64,000 bases of DNA, from the NCBI GenBank assembly GCA_965247095.1, contig OZ251997.1:320001-384000 (forward strand). Reading direction: 5' to 3'. Positions 48,583 to 57,973 of the stretch are shown here, piece by piece. Position 1 is the first letter of the stretch. Each line of letters begins with the position of its first letter. A model generated the notes under the pieces. The model searched no databases. It saw only the letters and a list, made by a program, of their open reading frames with translations, and was not told the origin of the DNA. The position numbers and the translations under genes were made by a program. This stretch comes from Candidatus Multivorans sp. (GTDB taxonomy: Bacteria; Acidobacteriota; Thermoanaerobaculia; Multivoradales; Multivoraceae).

Positions 48583-49121
48583 GGCGGCTCGGCGCGGCAG
48601 CTTTCCTGCTCGGCGCGTCGCTGGCCGCTGTCCCCGCTGCGGTGCTTGGCGACGACCCTTCAGCGCAAGCGCCCGGCGTGCCCCGGGCGGTGACCCTGGA
48701 CGGGCAGGAAGTGGCCGCACCGGAAGGGCTCGCTCCGCGCAGCCTGCTGGTGATGAGCTTTCACCGCGCGGCGAACGGGAGTGCGCGGGCCTGGCGCAGC
48801 GCACTGGACGGAGATCCGCAGGCCACCCAGTGGTCTGTCTACACGGTGATCGTGCTCGACGGGGCCCCGGAGATGATCCGCCGATTCGTGGTTCGGGGGG
48901 TGCGCCGCGAGGTACCGGAGGATCGCCACGGTTCGTTCCTGGTCGTCGAGGAAGGCGCCGACGGGTGGCGGACTCTCGCCAGCTCGAACGGCGAGGCCGA
49001 AGATCAGGATGATGCGGTCTTCATTGCACGCCTGGAGGACGGCAAGGTCTGCGCGCGTCACCGCGGCGTCGTGTCCGCGGCGGCATTGGATCGGCTGTTC
49101 AGCGCGCCTTGCGGTTCCTAG
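48579..49121 (+). CDS. Exported hypothetical protein (possible thioredoxin-like fold)
   Basis: GTGA-coupled to methyltransferase; signal peptide; TLDGQEV..P. Confidence 0.6.
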   Translation: MRRLGAAAFLLGASLAAVPAAVLGDDPSAQAPGVPRAVTLDGQEVAAPEGLAPRSLLVMSFHRAANGSARAWRSALDGDPQATQWSVYTVIVLDGAPEMIRRFVVRGVRREVPEDRHGSFLVVEEGADGWRTLASSNGEAEDQDDAVFIARLEDGKVCARHRGVVSAAALDRLFSAPCGS

Positions 49122-49128
49122 CGCTCGT

Positions 49129-50205
49129 TCAGCACTCCAGACAGAAACCGACGCCCGCCGTCACCGCCCGCGACTTGTTGCCGAACCAGGGCGGAATGAC
49201 GGCCGCGAAGCCGCCCGCCGGGCCCCCGGCGGCGACCACCAGCAGATCGTCCGGCGACTGCAGCGCCTTGTATTCCTGATCGCGGTTCGCGTCCGTGACC
49301 ACCGCCGCCTTGCCGACGCGTTCCCAGTCGCCTCGCTTCACCCGAGCCTGCCGGTGCAGGTAGCACTGGACATCCGCCTTGGACCACCCGGCGTGGGCCA
49401 GGCGCTCGCGCAACTGCGGTGGCAGGACGAGGCAGTGGTTGCCGGCCCAGATCGAGTAGTGGAGCAGGTTGGCGCGCATCTCGGCCGCGACCGTTTCGAG
49501 GATCGCCTCTGGCTCCGTCGTCCACTCGTTCATCACTTGCCGCGGAGCGCCGGCGGCGAAGACGGTCACCGTCGAACTGCCATCAGGCGCGCCGCGCTCG
49601 CTGGCCAGCGACGGCCAGGGTGAGGCCTCCTCGTCCTCGGCCAGGCAGTAGCTGAACTTGCCGGGGTGTCCAAGCGTGGCCCGGTCCAACTCGCCGGGCC
49701 GCACGCCGAGCAGGTTGCGGAGAATCAGGCGCAGCGCCCGCCCGATCGCCAGCGACGCCCGGTCGGCGCCGCCCAGCACGTTGAACGTCCCGGTCATGCC
49801 GAGTTCCTGGCGGATCGGACCGTTGACGATGACGAGCACGGCGCAGCCGCCGGTGCTCGAGGTCGCGCCGTGAAGCAGGAAGGCGGGGTCGCACATCGCC
49901 TCGACCGCCGCGGCCACGACCGCGAAGTCGCGCGGCCGGCAGCCCGCCATCACCGCGTTGACCGCTGCCTTCTCGGCGGTGATCGCCCGCCCGCGGACGG
50001 TCTCGACGCCGAGCACGTGCGCAGGCTCCATGACCGCCGCCTCGACGGCGGCCGCCACCCGTTCCGGCGTCGGCGGGGTGATCGGCAGGCCGTCAGTCCA
50101 GCCGCGGGCTTCGAACAGGGCGCGGGCCGCGTCGTCGCCGTCCACGGAGTGGATCGAGGCGCTCTGGACGGATGTGGGTTCGGTCGGGGAACTCGCGTCG
50201 ATCAT
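49129..50205 (-). CDS. Conserved hypothetical protein of the GWTDGLP family (recalled as usual neighbour of UGSC/CGSC proteins)
   Basis: GWTDGLPITPPT, AVNAVMAGC, IVNGPI, IGRALRL, TLGHPGK, VVAAGG. Confidence 0.7.
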   Translation of the reverse strand: MIDASSPTEPTSVQSASIHSVDGDDAARALFEARGWTDGLPITPPTPERVAAAVEAAVMEPAHVLGVETVRGRAITAEKAAVNAVMAGCRPRDFAVVAAAVEAMCDPAFLLHGATSSTGGCAVLVIVNGPIRQELGMTGTFNVLGGADRASLAIGRALRLILRNLLGVRPGELDRATLGHPGKFSYCLAEDEEASPWPSLASERGAPDGSSTVTVFAAGAPRQVMNEWTTEPEAILETVAAEMRANLLHYSIWAGNHCLVLPPQLRERLAHAGWSKADVQCYLHRQARVKRGDWERVGKAAVVTDANRDQEYKALQSPDDLLVVAAGGPAGGFAAVIPPWFGNKSRAVTAGVGFCLEC

Positions 50206-50283
50206 CGGAGACTCGAATTGGGCAGCCTACCGCGCTTGCAGTCGGCGCTACGATCAGTGAGTACCGAATCAAGGAGGAGTGAA

Positions 50284-51519
50284 ATGACTCGAAGAACAAG
50301 GGACAGGCTGTTGAACTCACCTGCGCCGTGGCCGGCAGGCGGCGTGGCCGTCGCCCTGGTGCTGGCGTTCGCCGCCTGCTCCGGTCCAGCCGCGGAAACC
50401 GGGGCGGCCGGCACTGCCGAAGCGGTCAACCCGGACGCCGAGAACTTCGGTCCGTGGGGTGAGATCCTGTTCTGGACCCCGGAACAGCAGGTCGCGGGCT
50501 ATCGAAATATCGATCAGATCCGCGAAGCGCGCTGGATCGGGGCCTCCGACGATCCCTATCCTCTGGCATCGGCCCAGCAGGATCTGTCGTCGGTGACCTA
50601 CGAGGTCGAGGGCGAGACGTTCTCGGTCGAGGACTACATCCGTGACCGCCGGATCGCGGGCCTTCTGGTGGTCAAGGATGACGCGGTCGTCTTCGAGGGG
50701 TACGGTCTCGGCAACGACGAGAACAGCCGCTGGATCTCGTTCTCGATCGCGAAGTCCGTGGTCTCGATGCTCTACGGGGCCGCGATCGTCGACGGCTACA
50801 TCGGCAGCGTCGACGACCCGGTGACCAAGTACCTGCCCCTGCTCGCGGGCGGCGGCTACGACGGCGTCACGATTCAGCATGGGCTGCGGATGGCCTCCGG
50901 CGTCAAATGGAACGAGGACTACGCCGACCGGGAGTCCGACCTGGCGACCATGCCGCGCGGCCTGGTCGAACAGGTCCGCTACATGGCGGCTCTCGACCGG
51001 GAAGCGCCCGCGGGCGAACGCTTCCACTACAACACCGGCGAAACGAACATGGCCGGCGCCGTCCTGCGCGCGGCGATCGGCAACAACCTCTCGACCTACC
51101 TCGAGCACAAGATCTGGGGGCCGTTCGGCATGGAGGCGGACGCGAACTGGGTGCTCCACGAGCCCGGCGGCGGCGAGCTCGGCGGCTGCTGCATCAGCGC
51201 GACCCTGCGCGACTACGCGCGGATCGGTCTCTTCGCGATGCGGGGCGGCGTGCTGCGCGACGGCACGCGGGTGCTGCCGGAGGGCTGGATGGCGGACTCG
51301 ACCAGCCCCAGCCCCGGCTCCGACGGCTACGGCTACTTGTGGTGGCTGAGCGGAGACGGCGTCTACTCCGGGCGGGGCATCTTCGGCCAGATGCTGTGGA
51401 TGGACCCGGGGTCAAACACCGTCATTGTCGTCCACAGCGCCTGGCCGGACGCCACGAACCGCGAGTGGTCGCGCCACCGTTCCGCGGTTGTTGGGGCGCT
51501 GGCCGAGGCGGTTCGCTAG
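50284..51519 (+). CDS. Serine hydrolase, beta-lactamase class C / NylB-like, putative lipoprotein
   Basis: SIAK, MASG, FHYNT, YGYLWW, GIFGQ; FAAC lipobox; SD aggagg. Confidence 0.88.
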   Translation: MTRRTRDRLLNSPAPWPAGGVAVALVLAFAACSGPAAETGAAGTAEAVNPDAENFGPWGEILFWTPEQQVAGYRNIDQIREARWIGASDDPYPLASAQQDLSSVTYEVEGETFSVEDYIRDRRIAGLLVVKDDAVVFEGYGLGNDENSRWISFSIAKSVVSMLYGAAIVDGYIGSVDDPVTKYLPLLAGGGYDGVTIQHGLRMASGVKWNEDYADRESDLATMPRGLVEQVRYMAALDREAPAGERFHYNTGETNMAGAVLRAAIGNNLSTYLEHKIWGPFGMEADANWVLHEPGGGELGGCCISATLRDYARIGLFAMRGGVLRDGTRVLPEGWMADSTSPSPGSDGYGYLWWLSGDGVYSGRGIFGQMLWMDPGSNTVIVVHSAWPDATNREWSRHRSAVVGALAEAVR

Positions 51520-52845
51520 CTTCCGCTTCCGCAGCCAGCGCCAGCCGGGAACAGCCAGAGTCGCCACGACCAGAATCCAGGGCAGCGCCCCGTCTGGAAT
51601 CGCGTCGAGCAGGGGTGCCAGAGGCCGGTAGGCCATCAGATCGGACCCTCGCTCGCTCGTCCAGTGCCAGGCAGTGTGGACGATCAGAGCCGAGATCAGG
51701 ATGATCCCCAGCCGTTCGGAGGGGAGACGGCGGAAGACGAAGTCGAGCAACGGAACGAGCAGCAGCAGCACCAGGAGCTGGCCGAGCTCGATGCCGACAT
51801 TGAAGGCGAGCAGCGAGGTCACCAGGTGGGCGCCGGCGAACTGGAGCGACTCGCTGAGGGCGAAGGAGAAGCCGAAGCCGTGGACGAGACCGAAGCCGAA
51901 GGCGGCGGCCCAGCGGCGGTCGCTTCCCACGCCCAGGATGTTCTCGAACGCCATGTAGACGATGGATACGGCGATCAGGACCTCGACCAGGGTGGGAAAC
52001 CACAATGCCCGCGGCACCAGACCCGCGGCGGAGGCGATCAGGGTGATCGAGTGGGCGACCGTGAAGGACGTCACGACGAGGACGAGTTGCCGCAGGCGGC
52101 GGAGAGGCGACACCAGGCAGACCAGGAACAGCAGGTGATCGAGGCCGCTCAGGATGTGCTCGAAGCCCATTGCCACGAAGTGGAGGCCGGCCTGGCCCCA
52201 GTGCGGGTCGAGCCGGACCCGGCCGGGCTCGGCGGCGAGTTGGAAGACCCGTGAGTCGCCGTCCTGCGATTCGTACCGGATGACGACGAGGACGCGCAGG
52301 CCGAGCCGCCCGAAGCGGGGGTCGATCGAGAAGCGCGGCCGTTCCTGCGCGTTCACGGTGTCGAGCGGCGTCTCGAGCAGCACGTCGAGCAGGGCCTGCT
52401 TCCACACGATCTGTGTTGTCGACGTCAGCGGCTTCGCCCGGATGTGCGCCAGGGCGCGGTCGAAGTCCGTGAACGAGCGGTCGAAAGGGATCGACAACCG
52501 AACCGCGCGGACGGTGGCGGCCGGCAGCTTGGCGTCGCCGGCGAACAGGTCGAGATTGGGTGTGATCCAGCGATGGGCCGACTCCGTCAGGAGGCCGCTC
52601 GATCGGACCTCCTCGAGATCGAGGATGCCTCGGACGTCGACCGGGAACTGCATCTCCTGCATCGCCTCGAGTGGGGTGCGCACGAGCACCTGGAGGCGAT
52701 CGCCTTGCTGGCGGACGAGCACCTGGACGGTGACGCTGCCCGGAACCTCGTGCGCCGCCGCGCGCCCGTGGGCAAGGGGCAGCAGAGCCAGGGCGATGGC
52801 GCCGCTCGCGCCGAACAGGCGTGATCTGTGTGGGAAGTTGGACAG
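51412..52845 (-). CDS. HupE/UreJ family membrane protein (start codon non-canonical or mutated)
   Basis: HILSGLDHLLF, SFTVAHSITL, FGLVHGFGF, FNVGIELGQ; signal peptide plus HEVP lie upstream of first GTG (52722). Confidence 0.82.
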   Translation of the reverse strand: MSNFPHRSRLFGASGAIALALLPLAHGRAAAHEVPGSVTVQVLVRQQGDRLQVLVRTPLEAMQEMQFPVDVRGILDLEEVRSSGLLTESAHRWITPNLDLFAGDAKLPAATVRAVRLSIPFDRSFTDFDRALAHIRAKPLTSTTQIVWKQALLDVLLETPLDTVNAQERPRFSIDPRFGRLGLRVLVVIRYESQDGDSRVFQLAAEPGRVRLDPHWGQAGLHFVAMGFEHILSGLDHLLFLVCLVSPLRRLRQLVLVVTSFTVAHSITLIASAAGLVPRALWFPTLVEVLIAVSIVYMAFENILGVGSDRRWAAAFGFGLVHGFGFSFALSESLQFAGAHLVTSLLAFNVGIELGQLLVLLLLVPLLDFVFRRLPSERLGIILISALIVHTAWHWTSERGSDLMAYRPLAPLLDAIPDGALPWILVVATLAVPGWRWLRKRKLANRLGQRPNNRGTVARPLAVRGVRPGAVDDNDGV

Positions 52846-52955
52846 GCGCCGGATGTTACCGAGCCAGGATGTACACTGGCGTCACCTCCCTGGTGCTGCA
52901 GGAACCGCGAAACACCGCGGAAGACGACGGATTCCAACGATTGGAAGGGCCGACG

Positions 52956-54197
52956 ATGACATCGAACCGTCTCCTTTGTGCTCCTGGCTGCGCGGCAGCC
53001 CTCGCGCTCGTTCTCGGCGCCTGTGGCGGCTACGGCGGCGCCCAAGCCGGCGATGCGGCCGGCGAGGGTTTGATGGCGCCGCGCTTCGAGGTCGACCCGT
53101 TCTGGCCCAAGCCGCTGCCGAACCACTGGATTCTCGGCCCGGCGATCGGCGTCGCGGTCGACTCCCGCGATCACGTCTGGATCGTCCACCGCAACACGCC
53201 GAACGTCTTCGGCGCGATCAACGAGATCGGCGCGGCCCAGGATCCGCCGCTCTCCGAGTGCTGCATCCCGGCGCCGCCGGTGCTCGAATTCGATCCCGAC
53301 GGCAACCTGGTCGGGCACTGGGGCGGTCCCAGCGAGAGCGGCGAGTACGAGTGGCCGATGTCCAATCACGGCATCCTCGTCGACCACATGGACAACGTGT
53401 GGATCGGCGGCAACGGTGGCGGCGATTCGCACGCGCTGAAGTTCAGCCGCGACGGCCAGTTCCTGATGCAAGTCGGGAAGGCGAACGCCCGGGTCAACGA
53501 GGGTGCCGGCGAGGATGATCCGGCCTTCGTGCGCAACAGCCACGACATGGAGAACTTCGGCCGCGTGGCGAAGCTCTCGGTCGATCCGGAGGCGAACGAG
53601 GTCTACGTCGCCGACGGCTACGTCAACCGCCGCGTGGTCGTGATCGACGCCGACACCGGCGAGTTCAAGCGCTTCTGGGGCGCCTACGGGGAAGCGCCCG
53701 ACGACGAACTGGATCTCGGTCAGTACGTGCCCGGCGATCCACCTGCGACCCAGTTCCGCGGCCCGGTCCACTGCGCCGACATCTCCGCCGACGGCCTGCT
53801 CTACGTCTGCGACCGCGCGGCGGACCGCATTCAGGTCTTCCAGGCCGACGGCACCTACGTCGACGAAGTGTTCATCGCTCCCGAGACCCTTTCCCAGGGC
53901 TCGACCTGGGACGTTGCCTTCTCACCCGACGAGGAGCAGAAGTTCCTCTACCTCGCCGACGGTCAGAACATGAAGGTCTACGTGATCGAGCGCGAGAGCA
54001 TGGAGGTGCTCTACGCCTTCGGCGACGGCGGCCGCCAGCCCGGCCAGTTCTTCGCCGTCCACAGCATCGCGACCGACTCCAAGGGCAACATCTACACGAC
54101 CGAGACCTACGAGGGGAAGCGGCTTCAGAAGTTCGTGAATCTGGGGATGCAGCCGGTGCCGGAGGAGGACCTGGGGACGCCCTGGCCGGCGGGGTAG
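52956..54197 (+). CDS. NHL-repeat lipoprotein, peptidyl-alpha-hydroxyglycine lyase (PAL)-like
   Basis: FEVDPFWPKPLP, YVADGYVNRRV, VHC, YVCDRAADRIQVF; LGAC lipobox. Confidence 0.8.
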   Translation: MTSNRLLCAPGCAAALALVLGACGGYGGAQAGDAAGEGLMAPRFEVDPFWPKPLPNHWILGPAIGVAVDSRDHVWIVHRNTPNVFGAINEIGAAQDPPLSECCIPAPPVLEFDPDGNLVGHWGGPSESGEYEWPMSNHGILVDHMDNVWIGGNGGGDSHALKFSRDGQFLMQVGKANARVNEGAGEDDPAFVRNSHDMENFGRVAKLSVDPEANEVYVADGYVNRRVVVIDADTGEFKRFWGAYGEAPDDELDLGQYVPGDPPATQFRGPVHCADISADGLLYVCDRAADRIQVFQADGTYVDEVFIAPETLSQGSTWDVAFSPDEEQKFLYLADGQNMKVYVIERESMEVLYAFGDGGRQPGQFFAVHSIATDSKGNIYTTETYEGKRLQKFVNLGMQPVPEEDLGTPWPAG

Positions 54198-54222
54198 AGG
54201 GCAGGGCGCGCCGGGGCGAACA

Positions 54223-54321
54223 GATGCGGGCGAGACGCCCGCGTGCCATCCGTGCGCCCGATGACGGGCGCACGGAGTGGTTCGCGGGTGGCGCGGATCG
54301 CGCCACACGGGTTCCCAGGAA
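54223..54321 (-). repeat. REP-like palindrome interrupted by the 68-bp element (54243-54310)
   Basis: Inverted near-identical copy of 1817-1917, between convergent genes. Confidence 0.85.
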
Positions 54322-54352
54322 GTGCCGAGGAAGTCTCCGACGGCCATTCGCC

Positions 54353-55279
54353 TCAATCGAAGGCGGTGAGGATCTCTTCCGCGACCAGTTGATAGTGATC
54401 GAGACGGTGGGTCGGGATGCCGCCGATCATGATCTCCTCGGCGCCGGCGTCGATCATCGTGCCGATCCGGTCGATTACGTAGCTCTTGCTGCCGGCTGCG
54501 GTTCCCTCACCCAGTCCGCGGGCGTCGACGAAGGCCTTGGCGGCCGCGGCGTCGTCGGTGACGAAGGTGGGCATCAGCACCGTGTGCTTGATCATTCCGG
54601 GGTCGCGCCCGGCCTCTGCGCAGTGCCGGTCGACCACCGAGACCTTGTGCTGGAAGTACTCCCGGGTCATCGGTCCGCGGGCCCAACCGTCGAGGTTCAT
54701 CACGTCGCCGTGGCGCGCCAGGGTGCGCAGCGTCCGCTTCTCGCCGGTGCCGCCTATCAGGATCGGGATCGGGTCCCCGTAGCAACCGGGGGAGAGGGGC
54801 GCCGAGTCGAGCTCGTAGTATTCGCCCTTGAAGTCGACCGGCTCGCTTGACCGGAAGAGAGCGCGGATCAGCTCGACCGCCTCCTCGAAGCGGTCCTGGC
54901 GCTCCTTCATCGACGGGAACGTCCAGCCGTACGCTTCGTGCTCGCGCTTGAACCAGGCTGCGCCGATGCCGAGCACGAAGCGGCCGTGGGAGATGTGGTC
55001 CAGGGTGCCGGCCATCTTCGCCACCAGGGCGGGATTGCGGTAGGTGTTCCCCAGCACCAGATGGCCGATCTTCAGCTTCTTCGTGACCCCGGCGGTCGCG
55101 GCGGCGATCGTGAATGCCTCGTGGGCCGTGAGGTGCTCCTCTTCCCTGAGCCCCGGGGGCGGCAGGTAGTGATCGGCGTACCAGATGCTGTCCCACGGAC
55201 CGGCATCGAGCAGCTCCGCCACTTCGCGGATGCTGTCCCAGGTGTTTCGATAGCAGGTGACCTGCGCGCCGAACCTCAC
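54353..55279 (-). CDS. LLM-class (probable F420-dependent) oxidoreductase
   Basis: WYADH, GNTYRNPALVAKM, GAAWFKREHEAYG, IGGTGEKRTL. Confidence 0.88.
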   Translation of the reverse strand: MRFGAQVTCYRNTWDSIREVAELLDAGPWDSIWYADHYLPPPGLREEEHLTAHEAFTIAAATAGVTKKLKIGHLVLGNTYRNPALVAKMAGTLDHISHGRFVLGIGAAWFKREHEAYGWTFPSMKERQDRFEEAVELIRALFRSSEPVDFKGEYYELDSAPLSPGCYGDPIPILIGGTGEKRTLRTLARHGDVMNLDGWARGPMTREYFQHKVSVVDRHCAEAGRDPGMIKHTVLMPTFVTDDAAAAKAFVDARGLGEGTAAGSKSYVIDRIGTMIDAGAEEIMIGGIPTHRLDHYQLVAEEILTAFD

Positions 55280-55295
55280 GTCGTGATCCTCCCGG

Positions 55296-56276
55296 TCACC
55301 AACCCGCGTTCTCCATGACCGTCTTGCCGATGATCTTGCGGTCCATCATGTCCCGCAGCGCCTGCGGAATCTGCTCCAGAGGATAGCGGTGCGAGATGTA
55401 GGGCTTGATCTTGCCCTCGGCGGCGAGAGCCTCCGTCTCGACCCGGGCCGCTTCGAACAATTCCGGCTCGCGCATCCTGGAGGCGCCCCAGAACACCCCG
55501 ACGATGTCGCAACCCTTGAGCAGAGTGAGGTTGAGAGGTATCCGCGGAATGCCGGCGGTGAAGCCGATGACCAGGAATCGCCCGCGCCAGGCCGTGGCGC
55601 GCAAAGCCGTTTCCGCGTACTCACCGCCGACCGCGTCGTAGACGACATCGACGCCCTTGCCGCCGGTCAGCTCCTTGGCGCGGACCTTCAGGTCCTCCTC
55701 GGTGTAGTTGATCGTCTCGTCGGCGCCGCGCTGCCGGCACAGCGCCAGCTTCTCCTCGGTCGAGGCGGCGGCGATCACCCGCGCGCCCATCACCTTGCCC
55801 AGCTCGAGTGCGGCGAGGCCGACGGCGCCGGCGGCGCCGAGCACGAGGAGGGTTTCGCCGGGTTTCAGGTCGCCCCGGTACTTCAGAGCGTAGTGGCCGG
55901 TGCCGTAGGCGTAGCCGTAGCCGGTGGCCTCGGCGTGACCGAGACCCTGCGGCAGCTTGCGCACCTGGGACGCCGACAGCAGCACTTGTTCCGCGAAGCC
56001 GCCGGTGCCGCCTCCCCCGACCACGTCGTCACCGACCGCGAGATCGTCGACATCCGGGCCCACCGCGGCGATCCTGCCGCCCACTTCGCCGCCGACGACG
56101 AAGGGCGGTTCGCCACGAAACTGGTAGCGGTTCTCGATCATCAGCGTGTCGGGAAAGGTGATCGCCGCCGCGCGGATGTCGACGACGACCTCGCCCGGAC
56201 CGGGAACCGGATCGGCCAGCTCCTCGATCGTCAGGTTCTCCGGGGGACCGAACTCACTGCATACGACTGCCTTCAT
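55296..56276 (-). CDS. NADPH:quinone oxidoreductase (zeta-crystallin/MDR family)
   Basis: VLGAAGAVG, DVVYDAVGG, LVIGFTAG, LLKGCDIVGV. Confidence 0.9.
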   Translation of the reverse strand: MKAVVCSEFGPPENLTIEELADPVPGPGEVVVDIRAAAITFPDTLMIENRYQFRGEPPFVVGGEVGGRIAAVGPDVDDLAVGDDVVGGGGTGGFAEQVLLSASQVRKLPQGLGHAEATGYGYAYGTGHYALKYRGDLKPGETLLVLGAAGAVGLAALELGKVMGARVIAAASTEEKLALCRQRGADETINYTEEDLKVRAKELTGGKGVDVVYDAVGGEYAETALRATAWRGRFLVIGFTAGIPRIPLNLTLLKGCDIVGVFWGASRMREPELFEAARVETEALAAEGKIKPYISHRYPLEQIPQALRDMMDRKIIGKTVMENAGW

Positions 56277-56322
56277 TGCTTGCCTCTCAGACTGTTGTGG
56301 ATTCTCCGCCAGGTGGCCACCG

Positions 56323-57903
56323 CTAGATCGCCCGGTCGCGGCCCTTCCAGTACGGCGCGCGGACCAAGCCGCGCTGGATCTTGCCGGTGGGCATCCGCGG
56401 CAGATCGGTGGCGAAGTCGAGCGAGCGTGGGCGCTTGAAGTCCGGCAGGTTCTCGCGGCACCAGGCCAGCAGCTCCTCGGCGAGTTCGTCGCCCGCTTCG
56501 TAGCCAACGCCTACTTCGACCACCGACTTGACGCTCTCGCCCCATTCCTCGTGCGGCACGCCGACGGTGCAGACCTCGTACACCGCGGGGTGCTGGTGCA
56601 GCACGTCGTCGATTTCCTGGGGGTAGATGTTGACGCCGCCGGCGATGATCGTCTCCGCGGATCGGCCGGTGAGGAACAGGTAGCCGTCCCCGTCGACGTA
56701 GCCCATGTCGCCCATCGTGAAGAAGTCGCCGCGATAGGCCGAGGCGGTCTTGTCGGGGGCCTTGAAGTACTCGAACCGGTTCGCGGACGCCTGGAAGTAC
56801 ACGGTGCCGGTGGCGCCGATCTGGACCGGTTCGCCGTCGTCGTCGAGGACCTTGTACTTCGTTCCCTCGACCGTGCGGCCGACGCTTCCCGGCTTGTCGA
56901 GCCACTCCTTCGAGTCGATGAAGAACGTGCCGCCCTCGGTGGCGGCGTAGTACTCCCAGACCACCGGGCCGAACCATTCGATGATCCGGTGCTTGATGTG
57001 GACCGGTGTGGGCGCCGCGCCGTGGACCAGCCAGCGCATTGAGGAGACATCGTAGCGTTCCCGGACCTCCCGCGGCAGGGCCAGCATGCGGTGGAACATC
57101 GTCGCCACCATGTGGGTGTGGGTGATGCGGTGCTTGTCGATCAAGGCGAGCGTCTCCTCCGCGTCCCACTTGTCCATCAGCACGGCGCCGACTCCGGCGC
57201 CCATCGGCACGGAGACATTCAGACCGAGTGGCGCGGCGTGGTAGAGGGGTCCGGTGACCAGGGAGCAGTCCGTATCGGGCTCGAAATCCCCCGACTCGCG
57301 CACCGCGAGCAGGAACGGCGTTGGCGTCGCGTCCGCCTTGCGGTAGACGCCCTTGGGATGACCTGTGGTGCCCGACGTGTAGAGCATCGGGGCGCCGAGG
57401 ATCGGGTTCTCGATGTTCGAGCCGTCTTCCGCCGCGAGTGCCTCGTCGTAGGACTCGGCCCCCTCGATTTCGCGGCCGACCGCGAGCGTCAGGCGCAGGT
57501 GGTTCGAGGCTGCTTGCGCTGCCGCGACCGCCGCGGCGAAGGCGGTATCGGCGATCAACACACGGGCCTCGCAGTCGGCGGCGATGTAGGCGACCTCTTC
57601 CGGCGTGAGATGCCAGTTGATCGGCGTCATCCGGGCGCCGCTGCGCGAGCAGGCGGCGATGGTGTCGATGAACTCGGGCCGGTTCCGGCACAGCAGGGCA
57701 ACGCCGACATCGGGGCCCACGCCGTGAGCCCGCAGCACCCGCGCAAGGCGGTTCGCGTTCGCGTTCAGTTCGCCGAGCGTGCGGCCGCCGAACTTGGACC
57801 GCACCGCCATCCGGTCGGGGGACTCGTCGGCGTGAACCGCGACTCCCATGCCGTAGGGCGCGGCCGCCATCAGTCGTTCCTGCAGTGCTGGGTCGATCGC
57901 CAT
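56323..57903 (-). CDS. Acyl-CoA synthetase (AMP-binding protein)
   Basis: YTSGTTGHPKG, PLYHAA, EYYAATE, GD, GGVNIYP, TGK. Confidence 0.9.
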   Translation of the reverse strand: MAIDPALQERLMAAAPYGMGVAVHADESPDRMAVRSKFGGRTLGELNANANRLARVLRAHGVGPDVGVALLCRNRPEFIDTIAACSRSGARMTPINWHLTPEEVAYIAADCEARVLIADTAFAAAVAAAQAASNHLRLTLAVGREIEGAESYDEALAAEDGSNIENPILGAPMLYTSGTTGHPKGVYRKADATPTPFLLAVRESGDFEPDTDCSLVTGPLYHAAPLGLNVSVPMGAGVGAVLMDKWDAEETLALIDKHRITHTHMVATMFHRMLALPREVRERYDVSSMRWLVHGAAPTPVHIKHRIIEWFGPVVWEYYAATEGGTFFIDSKEWLDKPGSVGRTVEGTKYKVLDDDGEPVQIGATGTVYFQASANRFEYFKAPDKTASAYRGDFFTMGDMGYVDGDGYLFLTGRSAETIIAGGVNIYPQEIDDVLHQHPAVYEVCTVGVPHEEWGESVKSVVEVGVGYEAGDELAEELLAWCRENLPDFKRPRSLDFATDLPRMPTGKIQRGLVRAPYWKGRDRAI

Positions 57904-57973
57904 GCGGGCTCACTCCGTGTTCGCCGAGTGGTTCGCGGATCGGCGAGTGTACCGATAGCTACACTGACCGCCG

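Noticed and set aside
49100-50290. UGA-recoded selenoprotein next to the GWTDGLP gene
   Set aside because: No room for a partner ORF and no in-frame UGSC-like motif found on either side
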